A stretch of DNA of 62,157 nucleotides, the filler included, from Craspedostauros australis (Eukaryota): NCBI GenBank assembly GCA_030167865.1. It is 6 parts of 6 records of this genome, joined end to end, with 100 filler letters (N's around TTAATTAATTAA, not from the genome) between each part and the next. Parts side by side here need not be neighbours in the genome. Positions count along the whole stretch, not along the records: positions 1 to 30,605 come from JALAGF010006675.1; 5 more parts are not named here. One strand, written 5' to 3'. A program made the position numbers and the translations under genes. A model generated the notes under the pieces. That model worked only from the letters and a program-made list of their open reading frames with translations. It was not told where the DNA came from and did not search any database. Below are positions 11,637-25,600 of the stretch, one piece after another. Position 1 is the stretch's first letter, and each line of letters opens with the position of its first letter.

Positions 11637-13967
11637 ATGTTTGGAGGTGAGGGAGTGTGAAGCATCGCACGTATTCCTAGTCGTATGTATGTGCATGTAG
11701 GATAATCTTAGCAACGCGAGAAGCAACGTAGGGTGTAGAGTTTGGTTCATTGCAATGTTTGTGTGCGATCTATTATATTCTGTTATGTTTGGGTGCCCAG
11801 GTACTCCGTCCTGTTGGTGTTGGCCTGGAATGTCATGATGACGAGAGAAAGAGAGGAGGGGCGTGGGCCAAACCAAGCCTACGGGACAACAGCGCAAGGT
11901 AGAAAGACGACGGTATACCATACATGACACATGCCGTCTATCGTACTTGTAGGAGAGTGACGGTGCGCATTGGCTGTTGGTACTATTTCTATTTTTATGG
12001 GCACATCCACAGCAGTAGCTTTGGCAAATGCCGATCCAACCAAACGCTCTTGGTGGGTGTATGGTGTTGTAGGTCGCATCTACCCACTTGAGCAGAGCAT
12101 GTGTGATCAGACACCATTGCTGCTGCGGAGTGTGAACCTAGTTTCCTGTGATGCTGCTTCCGCCACTCATTCGTTCAGATGTCCGGCGTCATGAAAAGCA
12201 GGATCTGCCACCACAGGGCGACAAACATTCCTTCATCGTGCCAGTACGAGTACTATCGTACTTGTGGAGTATGCGTGCTCTGAATCTTTCATTGTGCCGT
12301 TGCTTCATTGATTTTTTGTTTCTTGATTGGTTGGTTGCTTGGATGTTTGCGTAATGAAATGTAGTGCTGTGTTGTGTAATGTTGTCACAAGATGAGGCGT
12401 CATCGAGTATTTACATTGGCATGGATCCATCATCGATGGCGTTCCACTTCCCCTTTCCGCCGGCGCCGCCGCCCTGCTTCTTCTCCTTCCTGTCATGTGA
12501 TGTGATGCAGTGTGCGTGGGTGCGTGCGTATTTCGTGGATTGATTGATCGATCCGAACGCAAAGACAAGCAGACAGGCAATGTGTGGTTCTGTGTGAGTT
12601 CGCATGATCGAAGGTGGACAGAACAGTACTACCAGCAGCAGTCGCAGCAGGCACCAGCAACAGCAGAAGGACAGGTATAAAAATCGAACTCATGGCGTCA
12701 ACCAACACGCAGTTGCAAACGCAATCCCACAGCCGCAAATGAATGATCAACCGGGTGGAGATGACGAGACGGACGTACTTGTTTGGGTCATGATCATGCT
12801 TGCGTTGGATATTTCGTGATGCTGATCCTTCTTCACCGACGCGAGTTTCTGGAATTGGGGACTTGCCCTTGTGGAATTCGTCTCTGCAATGTTGCGAAAG
12901 TAAAGTAAAGCACAGTGAAGTGAAGAATGAAAAGTGAAGGAAAGAAATGAGTGTTTGGGAGCGAGTCGACTGAGGTGAGTGAATCCTCGTCGCACAGTGT
13001 TCGCAGTATGTATCCACAATGCGAATCCGTGCCATCGTCGTCATGGTCGTTCGTTTGTTTTTGGTGCTTTGCTTGATTCCACGACGTTGCTCATTGCTTC
13101 ATCGCTTCCCTCTCAACGCCGGGCATTACGTTCGTATCTTGCCTGATCCATTTCTCCACGTTCTCATCATGGCCTGACACATCAAGATGCCACATCAAGG
13201 TGGATCATGAAGAGTCCGCTCGGCTGATGGATGCCGACTGATCAACCGACTTACTGCTTTGGGTGCACCATGGTTGTTATTTCCTGTTGTCTGAGCGTTG
13301 CTGTTTGAGTGTTGTGGGTTGCTGTTGCTTGTGTCGTTTGCGTTTGTTTGTTGCTCTTGATTTGGATTTGTGAGGTGTATTTGTCTGATGAGTTCGGGTT
13401 GCTTTGGTTGTGCTTTGGTGCGTTTTGTGGGCAGAAACAAACTTTGGCAGATCTGTTCCAGAGTTTCTCTCGCACTGTTGCGTGTGACATCTGCGGAGTT
13501 CCCATTTGCGAACATCTTCGTTGACTGTTCTGCGTGTCAGCCTCCGTTCCCGAACTTCAACGAGTCCCGAACTCCAAGAAGATCGTTCCTTCCAAAACGA
13601 CGTCACATCTCAAACGTGCCATTTGATGCGCTGCGACGACACGACTCGGCGACTCGTGTGGAACAGCCAATCCCGATAATCTCTGACTCATCTGCGAGCT
13701 CTGTCAAGATCAGACCTCTTGAAATGGCGTTGTCTGGAAAGGCTAACGAACAAGACTAGAGATTGTGAGTGATTTGGAGCCTTCGCGCCAAAAATTCAAG
13801 ACTGTATCCTTTCATCTCTTCACTCCCGCACGAGGACCAGACACTCACTCTTGCTTGATCAAAGTGCGATAAACAGACAAGGTCACTGTATGAAGACTGC
13901 ACTCCAAACCATGTTGTGGTTTCGCAAAGTGTCGCTAAATGAATCCTGTACTCCATTCCCCATTCCA

Positions 13968-15422
13968 CTAAGCTCGACATTGTTGCTCCTTGATCGAATC
14001 TTCCACACTGTCCCCGTCGGAAATGGAGGCCGGGATTTCCAAGTCATCGGTGCAGGAGCAGTTGAACCATCGCATCATGCCGGGATGCTGTTGCTTCCAC
14101 CGTTGCTGCTCCGCTTGCCGAGCCCGTTCCATCCAGGTCAGCCGACCGGACGGAAGATGCCGGCTCGTCGTGGCAACGACGCTGCTGTCCTCCGTGATCA
14201 CGCTGCTGCCCGACAGATTCAGCTTGTGCCCCATGAACTCCCACATCAGCGCCTCGACCTGATCCATCGCGGCGTGCCAATCGTAGTACAGCGACGGATG
14301 CCGGTGGAAGGCATCGAGCTTGCAGGCCACGTTGCGCAGCTGGTGCGGCAGCTCCCACGCGAATGACACGGTCTGCAGGGCCGCGTGCTCCACCTCCAGC
14401 AGCTCGACGCTGCGGCGACCCAACAACCGCGCCACCCTGCATTTGGCGCGCTGTGCGTGCGGTGAGAAGGCCGTCATCATGGCCAAAGGCACGCGCTGCG
14501 TCACGGAGATCTGCGGCCACAGTCGCGTCGATTGGATCTCGCCGTAATTCAGGTACAGGATGGCCGGCCACCAGTAGAAGTCGGGTTGCGTCGTTGCGGC
14601 GGTGCAGCCCATCGCAGATTCTTTCTGCTGCGTCGAGCTCGAAGCCTTCTTGCCGTACGTGTAGCGCACCCAGATCAGACGTTCCTGCAGAATCAATTCC
14701 GGCGGCGTGTATTGGAATGGTATTGGGATGCCCCATCGCACCAACGTTTGGATGCGAGATTGTGCCGACGTTGTGGACATTTGCAGCGCTTCCGAAAATA
14801 GCGTGGAAGAGTCGTCGTCGTCGCCATCGTCGCGTCCATCGTTTTCCTTTTGTTGTTGTTTGGATTCAGTTCGATCCTTGTCGGTCAGCGTGTCATCATC
14901 ATCGTCGTCCTCATTTCCGGTGCGACTCTCAATGATGGACTGCGCTTCCGATTCTGTTTCAGAGTCACCAGAATCATCATCATCATCATCATCATCGTCG
15001 TCGGTGTGATGATCGTCACGAGAATCCCGTCTTCGGTCCGACGAACGATGGCGCGGTCTGTGTTTGAACCTGCGCCGCCTCCGTGGTGAAGTATCTGGTG
15101 GTGGAACATGTCTGGGTGGTGGCGGTGGAGGGTGTCTGCTGCGGATGTCGGTTGTGCGTTGCAGCAGATTGTCGCGATGCTGGAATCGCCTGGCCCTCGA
15201 CGGTCTGGGAGGCCGAATTGTGGCGTCACCTTCATGTTGCTGCGTTTGCTTGTTGCGGACAGACGACGATCGTTGGCGGTGGGATGATGGTACTATGGAT
15301 CTGCGGCCGCTGGAGGCAGTGGAAGAGCCAGCCGAAGATGATTCCTCTGGGATGGGATCGAATATGGGTCGGAACGACCCCGATCCCATCAAGCTCAGAT
15401 CGTTCGGCGAATGGGGCGACAT
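13968..15422 (-). CDS. Hypothetical protein with PWWP-like domain (484 aa)
   Basis: Disordered basic and acidic N-terminal half, then ERLIWVRY...FYWWPAILY resembling the PWWP beta-barrel core. Confidence 0.7.
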   Translation of the reverse strand: MSPHSPNDLSLMGSGSFRPIFDPIPEESSSAGSSTASSGRRSIVPSSHRQRSSSVRNKQTQQHEGDATIRPPRPSRARRFQHRDNLLQRTTDIRSRHPPPPPPRHVPPPDTSPRRRRRFKHRPRHRSSDRRRDSRDDHHTDDDDDDDDDDSGDSETESEAQSIIESRTGNEDDDDDDTLTDKDRTESKQQQKENDGRDDGDDDDSSTLFSEALQMSTTSAQSRIQTLVRWGIPIPFQYTPPELILQERLIWVRYTYGKKASSSTQQKESAMGCTAATTQPDFYWWPAILYLNYGEIQSTRLWPQISVTQRVPLAMMTAFSPHAQRAKCRVARLLGRRSVELLEVEHAALQTVSFAWELPHQLRNVACKLDAFHRHPSLYYDWHAAMDQVEALMWEFMGHKLNLSGSSVITEDSSVVATTSRHLPSGRLTWMERARQAEQQRWKQQHPGMMRWFNCSCTDDLEIPASISDGDSVEDSIKEQQCRA

Positions 15423-18400
15423 GGTGATGCCCGTTGCTGCTTATTTGCAAGTACTTGTGCTGGTGTTGCGAATGTCGATGCGAACGCTGCTTGCACTGTT
15501 GCTCCTCCTCTCTCCAAAATGATGACTGCTTCCAACGTTGTCCTCTCCGTCTCTCACTCTCTCTCCGTTCTCCAATCCGATACTGCACCCCGTTGTTCAC
15601 TGTGCTCTAGAGAGTGCGCAACAGGTCTCCCACCATTGTCGTCCCCTGCAATGGCTGTGATTGTGCCTCCGAGCCAACTCGATTGTGCTTGGAAGTCCCA
15701 ACGTCAGTTGAAACGGCGTCGTTGGTATTGGTTGTGACACCTCCCACCACAGCACAACCGTTCAATCGATGTCGGATGGAGAAGAGCGGATGGAAAAGTT
15801 GGAAAGCGCGCAGTTTTGTTGAGATGCGCGGTTGGCGATCGCATACCCTCGCTAAAATGTGAGCCCTGACGATACCACATCGACAAACGTGGATTTCTGA
15901 TCTGGCGCGAATTTCGATCATGGAATTCACTCCCGAATTCGATTACATGGACTTTGGAACTGAAGCTAGAGAGAAAGGGAACCGAAACGGAACACACAAT
16001 GATGTGCACAGAAAACGGAGCAGAAGCATGATGGCCACCATGATCACGATGTTGTGGAACCGCACAAAGGAACCGTCCAAAGCGCACAAAGCGCAGCAAC
16101 ACCCACGTTCCAAGACGGATGTTGGCGGGTGACGAAAGCTCCTCAACTGGCGCAGAGGAGAACGATTCGCGATAGCTGAGTTGCGTCAAAGAGCGAGTGC
16201 CACCAGTGATGGACCGGACTTGCTTCGCTTTCTGCGTTGCGTGTGAGCATTTTCTTCCCATCTCTTCACCCAGGCAGACACGCCCGAGGGACGATCCTCG
16301 TTTGCCTGGATGCCTGGGAGCAGGAGAAAACGTCGACATATATACAGCGGCTGGGAAAATACAGTCATTTACCGTAATTTTATGCCGCACATTTCCCAGG
16401 ACTAAAAAACGAGTCCCATTGCATTTGTCAGGTATGATGCGTAGCGCTTTGTAAGAACTTCACATGTACCATGTCGACTACTCCATGTGTTGTACAATGA
16501 TACCATCAGCTTTGTGTGTCGCTATTTCCGAGACACGTCCAAGTCGTGTTGTCTTCGTTGTTCCAATAATGACGTCGACAACCAACTTGTCCAAGCAGTT
16601 GCTGGTTGAGGCGCTTGCGTTCCAGTCATTTTCCCGAAGAGCGTTTTTGGATCGTTCTCACCTAGTCGCTCCGCCCATGCACGTTTCTTCGCAAATCGGA
16701 TTGCTGTTGTTGTCTGACGTGAACTTTGCCTCCTCACCGCTTCTGGCGAAAGGCAACAGAGCGTTTTGTCGACTTGTCGCTCCGATAGTTCGCCGCTTCC
16801 ACATGGTCTTCGCGGAGGCTTCTTCGTTTGTGTTGGCATCCCTCTCATCTGATCTGACCTTTCAGCAATGATCACTTCAATGCAGGTCNNNNNNNNNNNN
16901 NNNNNNNNNNNNNNNNNNNNNNNNNNNNNNNNNNNNNNTACCTCCCTCCTGTATTTGGATCCTGTCTGCATCGCAGCACCAGCAACTGCTACAAATGCTG
17001 CTACAACTATTGAGATGGTAGCAATAACTCGTGTGATTTGAAGTCGTCACTATTGTATTATATCTACTGTTGCTGTTGCCAATGTCGTGGCTGCTTCGTG
17101 ATGGTGGCTTGAAGTCCCGCTGTCGCTGCAATTGCTGTCATCGTCAACGATGCCGTCGTTGATTTGGGTTGGCAATCCTTTGGCTTCTGTTGTTGACGCC
17201 ACGCTTTCCCGTGCACGACCGCATCCTCCGTGCTCTGCATACCACTACGATCACTCCTCCTTGCGCGTTTCGCTCTCGCTCTGCGGATCATGTACTAATT
17301 GGCAATGACGATGCGGTGGCTATTTGGCACGTGAGCAGTATCGCCCAGCGTTCCTTCACACTCACGAGCAAACAATGCTATTGAGCCCATCACAGGGCAT
17401 GTAATCGTAACATTCATGTTGTTGCGCGATACGCAGATTGTGCTCGGTGGGGATGGATGACTGCGAGCGGAGTAGGTCGGTGTGGTCAAGTGCATCATGC
17501 GTAGAACAGAGCAGTCATGGTTCGACGATGGCAAAGCAGCCTATTTGCACTCATGACTGATACCACTGGTTGCCTGATCTGTGCACTGAATGAAACAACA
17601 CAACAGTACTTGCAAAGGAGATGATGCGAAGAAATGCCGGTAGAGTGCGACCACCAGCACAAGCATGAGTGGCAAGCAAGACCTGTGGTTGGTTTCCACG
17701 TATTCACAAAGGTGGAGAGATACAGGTTATGTTGGAGTGGAACAAAGTAGCGTAGTGCAGCGCCCGTGTTTTGATACAAGCGAGAACGTGAAGAGCGCCA
17801 GCACAAGTTTCAGCGCGCCGCGTATCGTTTTCGGGTTGCCATCACCACATCGCCGCACACGAAAATTGCACTGCGCACTCAAGTTGGCGTGCGGGGGAGC
17901 GTCACAGAAGAGGCGACGCGGAGAAATGTGCTGTTTGATTGTCGCCTGGGACAGAACACTTCCGAGTTCTCCATGTCACGCAGAGTCCCCAACATTGTCC
18001 GAGTATTTGGTGAAGCACAAATATGCTCTTCTCCAGTGCCGCACAGACAGAGTTGTGCATTTTGTCGCCAGAAGACCATCGTCACAGACGTGGCGGAAAA
18101 AGAACAATGCCATGTGCATAGTACTTATCCTGGAAAGATGAGGACAGCATGCTTGTTGCAATTGCGCGTTGTTCTTCTCAACGTCATGGCTGCGCTGCTT
18201 CCCCACGACAGAATAATCGCATGCGCTATGCGGAGAAAAAGGAATGGTGCGACATCCGACGTTCGTGTTCGTTTCGGAAGAGCATGACAGATCTGCATCG
18301 TGGCATACCAAGGTTTCTCGCAGGGAAGCATGCATTTGTTCCGACCACAAGCCTAAATATGTTTTGCAAAATGATTGGTCATGATGCAGCAACAAAACGA

Positions 18401-19020
18401 TTGTTGATGTGCTTCGAAAGTGCGCGACAGACCTGCGTTGGTGCCCAAGTTGCTGCCCGCACGTCGCTTTGTGCACCTGATTGCTTGCGTCATTGCGCAT
18501 GCGCAGTAAATGCACCACGTGTACATGTGCATGTACAGGGCAAGCACATGCGCACGGAAAGTACATGTGCAGTGCATGCGCAGAAATCACGTCTCCTGAT
18601 GTGTGCATCTGCGGTGTGTTTCCCCAACTTCATGCATCTTCGCTTCATCCGCACAATTCCCAACGATGGCCATTCATCGGTGCATCCGCACAATTCCCAC
18701 GACATCACTGCGACACTGTTCGGTCATGACTGTGACATACAGAATGTTCTAGATCTAGACAAGACTGTATAGACTAACATCATTGATCACTGAAAAGAAT
18801 CATAAAACGAAGAAAAAGATGATTCTATTCAGTTTCATCGCTATCTAATGGCCAAGAACACTAGTAAGTTATTTGATCCTCTGTTGTTTATTGCTTTTGA
18901 GCACTACAAGTTAAAGTGGATGTAACACCGAAATGTCAAGAGGTGGGATCGGATTCATGTCGTATCAGACATACACAAGACATGAGAAAGACATATTTTT
19001 GCATCAAAACACGAGACGAC

Positions 19021-19225
19021 CCGGATGTGCAGAGAATGTGCAGATCGTCGGGAAGATGTTGACAAATGTGCGGATGCGGGGAAAATGTGCAGATTGCAGG
19101 GAAGATGCTGACAGATGTCCGGATGAGCAGTACGAATGTTGACGAATGCGACGTTGTGCACGAAATGTGCAGATCGCAGGGAAGAAGTCGACACGTGCGC
19201 GGATGCGCGGAGAATGTGCATGATG
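19021..19225 (+). repeat. Degenerate ~49-bp tandem repeat (CGGATGYG..GARAATGTGCAGAT..CRGGAAGA) within a CpG-decayed region
   Basis: 3-4 diverged copies visible by eye. Confidence 0.65.
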
Positions 19226-22200
19226 TGCAGTGCATGCGCGAGGAATGATGTGTGGAGGATGTTGTTGTAACGAACGTGCACTGGCACCATCCGCATGCAA
19301 ATAGCCTGCACTGCGCAGCGCGTTCGATGACAACCACACATGCGGAGAGGCGCATGACGTCGAACATGTGCATGCGAATGTGTGAAGTGTTGCTGACAAC
19401 TGAGTTGTGCAGAGCAAGAGTCGATTCACAACGCGCAGAGACGCACCACTCTTTTCGCAGGACGCGTCGACATCTTCGTCGAATGTGCACATCCTGCACC
19501 TGTTCTGCAAAAAGGTCATGAAGTGCTGGTTCGCATCTCTTTTTGCTCCCCCATGACACAATCACTGATTGGTAATTGTGCCACGGCGTTCCGACGGAAA
19601 TTCTTTTCCCCACCAAAACAGAGAATACGATCAACTCAATCGCGCACCATCGACACATCCGCGCCTTGACGAAGGAGGATCCGCCTCCGGCGCACATGCC
19701 CGCGCTCCCCATGCAGTCATCACAGACACAGTCGCAACAATACAGAAGTGCAACACCCTCTTGTGCTGTGGTGACCTGTTGATGGCGATTTGACTTCTGA
19801 CAATGCTGCATGTAGTGGCACCTCATTGTTCTCCCTGACGTCGCTGTGTTGCTCGCGAAAAGAGGGAGAATTGTTCAGGTTTCTGCAGTGTGCATTGAGA
19901 TCGCGACATCATTGTGAGATTATTGGACGGATGCCTTGTTCTTCCCCAACTCTTCGTGTGTGAGCGTCAACTCCAATCCAGGCGTTGCCACCACCCACGT
20001 CATACCATCCGAATGCGTTGAAGCACGACTAATGCAGAACCTCCTCGTGTCTGGCCATCGGCATCATCATCACTGATCGCAGGTATCGCACGTGTATGAG
20101 TATCGCAGTAGCACACACTGTCACACAAGGCAAACCCGCGGTGACACCAGCCAGTTGCGTGCAGGCTTGTGCGCAAGTTTCGTCATCACGTTGTGCACTG
20201 CAGTGACACGTGAACAATCATGTCATCGCAACCATGCCAGTACAATACAAGCCAAGATGAGCAGTACTATTCGAATGACAATCATCTTGCTATTGCAACA
20301 CACAAGTGCAGAAGTGTCTGTACAATACACCACATCAATGGCAACTGGTTTGTGACCTGAATAGAGTGCGAGCAGAGCAGGGTGGAGTAGAGTATAGGAG
20401 GAGGAGAGGAGTAGCTATCAGTGCAACAATGCACAAATGTGCCAACAACAACGGTTCACTTCCATTTTGTGACGACAGCGGCAGCATGTTTGTGTGGTTC
20501 TGCTCTCGGGGCACATTGTGTGTTGTGTTCTTTGGCGCACACTGAGATGGACAAACTTGCACCGCGGAGAACACATGCTTTGTCGCCCTCTTCGAAATCA
20601 AAGAACACTGCCCGCGACCAATGAGCTTGTGTTCGAGGAGGCACAGTTGAAGTTCGCCAAACACTGTCGTCGCCGCAAAATCTACCGAAACCGGACGCGG
20701 CGAATGACACAGAAACGAGACTACGGGCGCGTGTTTTTGGGTCCGTGCCAGAATGCCGCGCGAGACCAACGCACAACAGAAATGGCTCAAAACCACCACC
20801 AAACCATGCACGACGCAAGCCATGGCAACGCAGTGGGGTCGGCATCGGTGGTGTATTGCTTCAAAACATGCATCACAATGCATTCGTTGACAGGAGGATG
20901 ATCAGCAACCACGAGCAGTTGATTCCTCTATTTGTGTTGGCGATTTGCGCTCGATCGAACAGAGACACCGAATGCATGAGTGTGTGTGTCGTGCCCGTCG
21001 GATGACAGTGCAAGCGAGTCCAACGCCGAGAAACACTCGGCGCTGTGTGAAGGGCATGAACAACGCAGAAACCAGCGAAGAACCAAATCACCACAACAGG
21101 CGCCAAAACCAAGGAGCACAAACGCCGACAAAAGGAAGGAGGACGACAAACGCGAGCTCTGCTTGTTCTAAATCAGCTGTGTGGAACTCGCACAGAAATA
21201 CTATCGATACTACTCGCGTTGAACTGCATTGTCGCAATAGTGTCGGTCATATCAGTCCATAGTTGGGGAAGCAGTCCGTGAACAAATGCAGAAAATACGC
21301 TCTTTTTTTTGCAGGGCGCCAATTTCTCCTGCTCCCTGGGAGGAACTGAAGAGAGACCGTGCGACCATGGTGTCGACTCTTGGGGCGGCCGAGGGAACGG
21401 TGCGGCGAGCGATAGCTGCGCAGCGCGTCTGCAAGCAACATTTTGGTCGAGGGGTTCTCGTTGTGTTTTTCGCTGGCGTGTTCCCGGCATGTCATGGTGG
21501 CGCGGGCGCGAGAGTCGCAGCTGGCGGATGTGACGGACAAGGTGGCGCTATGTGCTTGACTGATGCACGTACTCCTCTCTCTCTCTGCTCCGCTTGGCTC
21601 TCCTTTGCTCCCTGCTGGTGTTGGCACGCATTGTCTACTGTGCTGGGCATGACTGCGCAGAGAAGGAACAGACATGTGAGGCATCTTGACTCCGTCTGCC
21701 ACGGCGGTATCGATTGAATGCCGGGGTGGCGCCAAATTCGCGGTTGGTCGTCACGAAGTGAACGCACAACACCGATTGATACGGTTGGCGCGAAAAGTGC
21801 GGATCGGGTTGATGGATGATTGACGAATGTTGGCTGTTCATCGGTGATCGGCAACGGCGGAGAGCAGTCTTGGCTTTTGGTTGCGTTTGTACGTGTGCGA
21901 CCTTTGGAACGTGCCCTGTCGTACACAGGGAGATGCGCGGGCTGCTCGTTCGTTTAGCAGCAGGGAGCGTCACCTGGTCCCCGTTTGCAGCGGATGGAAC
22001 GCAGTCTGTGAGTGCCTGTTAAGTGTGCGCAGGGCATGCTTCCCACGACGAGTGTCAAGACTATGTGTCCGTGGGTGGACTCCGCAATCGAGAACCTACA
22101 GCAAGGGGAGGTGATTTGGCTCGTCCCGATTCCATTCCGCATTCGGGTTGTCGGCATGGAATGAGAAGGTGCCTCTCGGGACGCTTCTCTTGCGACGGTG

Positions 22201-22605
22201 GCCGTTTCGATTTTGTGAGCCTCGATGATCGTTCGCATCCCGACGTTAAGGCCCTGCCTGCCGATCGCCAGGCCCATCCGTACTTGTACGAGTGTGCAAG
22301 ACCCCCCTTTCGCATCGATGCGATGGTCTCACTCCTCTGCCTCTACCTCTGCCTCCGCCGTGGGGCACCTCTTCAACAAGCAGTATCGTGTGAGGAGGAG
22401 GAGGTGAGAAAGGAGGGAATGTGCAGAGACCACTGCGCAACTCCGACAAGGCTGGTGCAATGCTTGTGATTCCGCACAGACATCCCATCGCCCAAGCACA
22501 TCCAAGATCTGCATCCCCCCATCGTCATAAATTGGCCAAGCCCTTCAGGTCAAACGCAATCCTTCCAACTAACTCACTGGCGACACTCACAACACTCGCG
22601 GCACC

Positions 22606-25600
22606 ATGAAGGACGACAACGCTCTCTCCAACATTGACGACGTGGAGTCCGGCAGCACATCGCCATCTGCCGACAATGAGTCGCAATCCACCGATGAACT
22701 CCAGGCCGTCCGTGATGATGCGAAGCAGGACACGATGCACGTGCAGCGATGGAGGTTCCTGGTGACAGGCGCTCTATTGATCACTGCAGTCGCCGTCACG
22801 TGGTCGACGTATGCGGTATGTGGATGCAGGCATGCTCGTTGAGTAGCTGGATACCGATTGCGTGACCGATGTCAATGGGAGATGGTGTTGCTGTTCCAAC
22901 CTCGCTTGCTCACCACCTCCACCTGTACATCGCTCTCGTTTGATCTTCTTCCTTCCATCCTTCCATCCATGCATTCGTACGCATCCATTCACTTTTCACT
23001 CCAACATCGACTTCAATGCAATACAACCGAATTTCAACTCCCGTTCCACAGTTCCTCCACGATGAACAAGTGGACAGCTTCAGGACAGCCGTAAGTTACA
23101 TGCCGTTGTATTGGAGATGAGTACCCACACGCGAACGGCCTGTGCATAGCGATGCCATCCATTGCACCTCACGACGCATTCTCATTGTTCTGTCTCATCC
23201 AAACACTGTGCCATGCATGGTACTGTGCTACCCCCACTCTCTTTTACTCCACGATGCTCTGCAACAGTTCGATCAATTCTCTCGAACAGTGGGCGATGCT
23301 GCGCTGGAACAGCAAAGGAATCTCGACATTGGATTCGAAGGGTTGGCAAACGCGGTCTCGGCGCACGTTCAGAGCACCAACCAATCATGGCCATCTGTCA
23401 CCATACCGTTTTTCCGTACACACGCGGCCACATTCCTGCGCCAATCCAAGATGGAAGTCACCACCCTCCTGCACAGGGTTGATCGACATCAGATCGATGC
23501 GTGGGCGGAATTCGGGGAACAGAACCATGAAGCCATGATGGTCGAAACGCACATGCTGGAGAATGGGAACACCGACGATCTCGCACGTACCGATTACCAT
23601 CCCTTCATCACGCGGTCATCACCGAACGGTTTCATCAAGGACATCGACCGGGATTCGTACTTCGCGTCATGGGAGTACGCACCGGCGCCGTTCACGTACC
23701 AATCGCTGAATTGGAACGTCCTGTCCGTGCCAGAATACCTGGACGTTGCCAAGGCAGCCTTCGAGATGAGGAACCAGACGCTATTTTCCAGCGTGCGGCC
23801 GTACACGGCGGTGGTGTTCAGCGAGGAGGAGCATGAGGCGATGCACTCCGCTCTGGCGGATTCCAGCACGGAACATCCCCACACATTCTTCTTTCGGGTC
23901 GTCAACGCAGAGGTTGGCAATCCAGACTCGGAGATTGTCGCCTTGCTCGGAGGTGGAGGGTCCTGGGATGCCGCATGGCTGAACTTGCTCCCGGACAACG
24001 TGAAAGGGTTGTTTGCCATCATCAGCAACAGCTGCAATCAAAGCTACACCTACGAGATCAACGGCAAGGACGCGATCTTTGTCGGAGAAGGTGAGTTTTT
24101 TACGAGTTGGCTGGTTGGTTCCTATGGTCGCCTTCTACTTCTCGTGCATTTCCAACTGACACGGTTGACGCGCAATGTTGTTCCTTCTCTTGCTCCGTCT
24201 CCTCCCTTCCTCTCTTTTCTCATCTCTGCTCTTCTCGATGAATATTCGTTTCTGTGCTCAATGCTCTATACTCTCTCCGTATTCTGATCTGCTTGATCGA
24301 ATCCATCCCCAACAGGCGACAGACATGATCGTGACTACGAGAAGTACCGCAGGGTCGTCGATCTGGCAGTGTCGCATCATCCCAAGTTTGAATCGACGCC
24401 AGGTCACTGCCGGTACCGCATGGAGATCTATCCCTCGAAGGCTTTCGAGGAGACCTACGACAAGATGACGCCCGAAATCTTTACGATCTTCGTTGCCATT
24501 ACCTTCGTGATGGTGGCTGTGGTTTTCTTCGTCTACGACATGTTCGTGTACCGTCGAAACGAGAAGCTCATCGAGAATGCCGCGCGGTCCAACGCAATCG
24601 TTTCCACCCTGTTTCCAAGCAACATCCGCCGTCGGATCATCAAGAATGACGAAGTGAACGGCGGCACCGCCGACAAACGCATCACAAGCCTCAAGAACTT
24701 CCTCTCCGGGGATCGCGCCACCCACAACATCAAGAGCAAGCCGCTTGCCGACCTGTTTCTGGAAACCACGATTCTGTTTGCCGACATTGCAGGATTCACT
24801 GCTTGGAGCTCTGTTCGAGAACCAACGCAGGTCTTTACCTTCCTCGAGTCTGTCTTCGCTTCCTTCGACAAGCTGGCGAAGGCACACCGGGTATTCAAGG
24901 TCGAGACGGTCGGCGATTGTTACGTGGCAGCGACCGGGCTCCCTGACCCCAAGCCAGATCACGCAGCCGTCATGGTTGGGTTCGCCCGCGATCTACTGTA
25001 CCACATCGATTGCTTGACGAAGGATCTGGAGATCACTCACGGACCCGACACCGGCGACCTCTCGTTGCGTATCGGCATGCATTCTGGCCCCGTCACTGCT
25101 GGCGTGCTGCGCGGCGAACGAGCGCGGTTCCAGCTGTTTGGCGATACGATGAACACAGCTGCGCGCATCGAGCACACGGGCGAAGTTGGACGGATTCAGG
25201 TGTCATCCGACACCGCAGAATGCTTGCGGCAAAGCGGCAAGAGTGATTGGCTGATCCGCCGAGAAGGCACGGTGAATGCCAAGGGCAAGGGGGAGATCCA
25301 AACGTGAGTCCATTGTGTGGATGGTGCGGACTATGCGGATTCAACAGGGCTGGAATGGATTGATTGGGATCCATCGGATGGTGCACGGGCCGTCTGCTTT
25401 CTTGCTGGTGGTGCCAACGACCTGCCTGATGCCTTCGGGATTCGCACCATCTCATGCACCATGATTGCCCGCAGAGTACGCTCTACTTTCATTTCATTGC
25501 GTAATACTTGCTTTCATCTCGTCCTCACATCACCACCATCAAAACCTCTTCGCTCGCTTCTCGTTCGCTCCCATCTTCGTCGTGGTTCTCCGCTGCGCTC

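Noticed and set aside
16522..17291. Possible Gln-rich pseudogene with CAG-to-TAG stops
   Set aside because: Interrupted by a gap and has no identifiable homology
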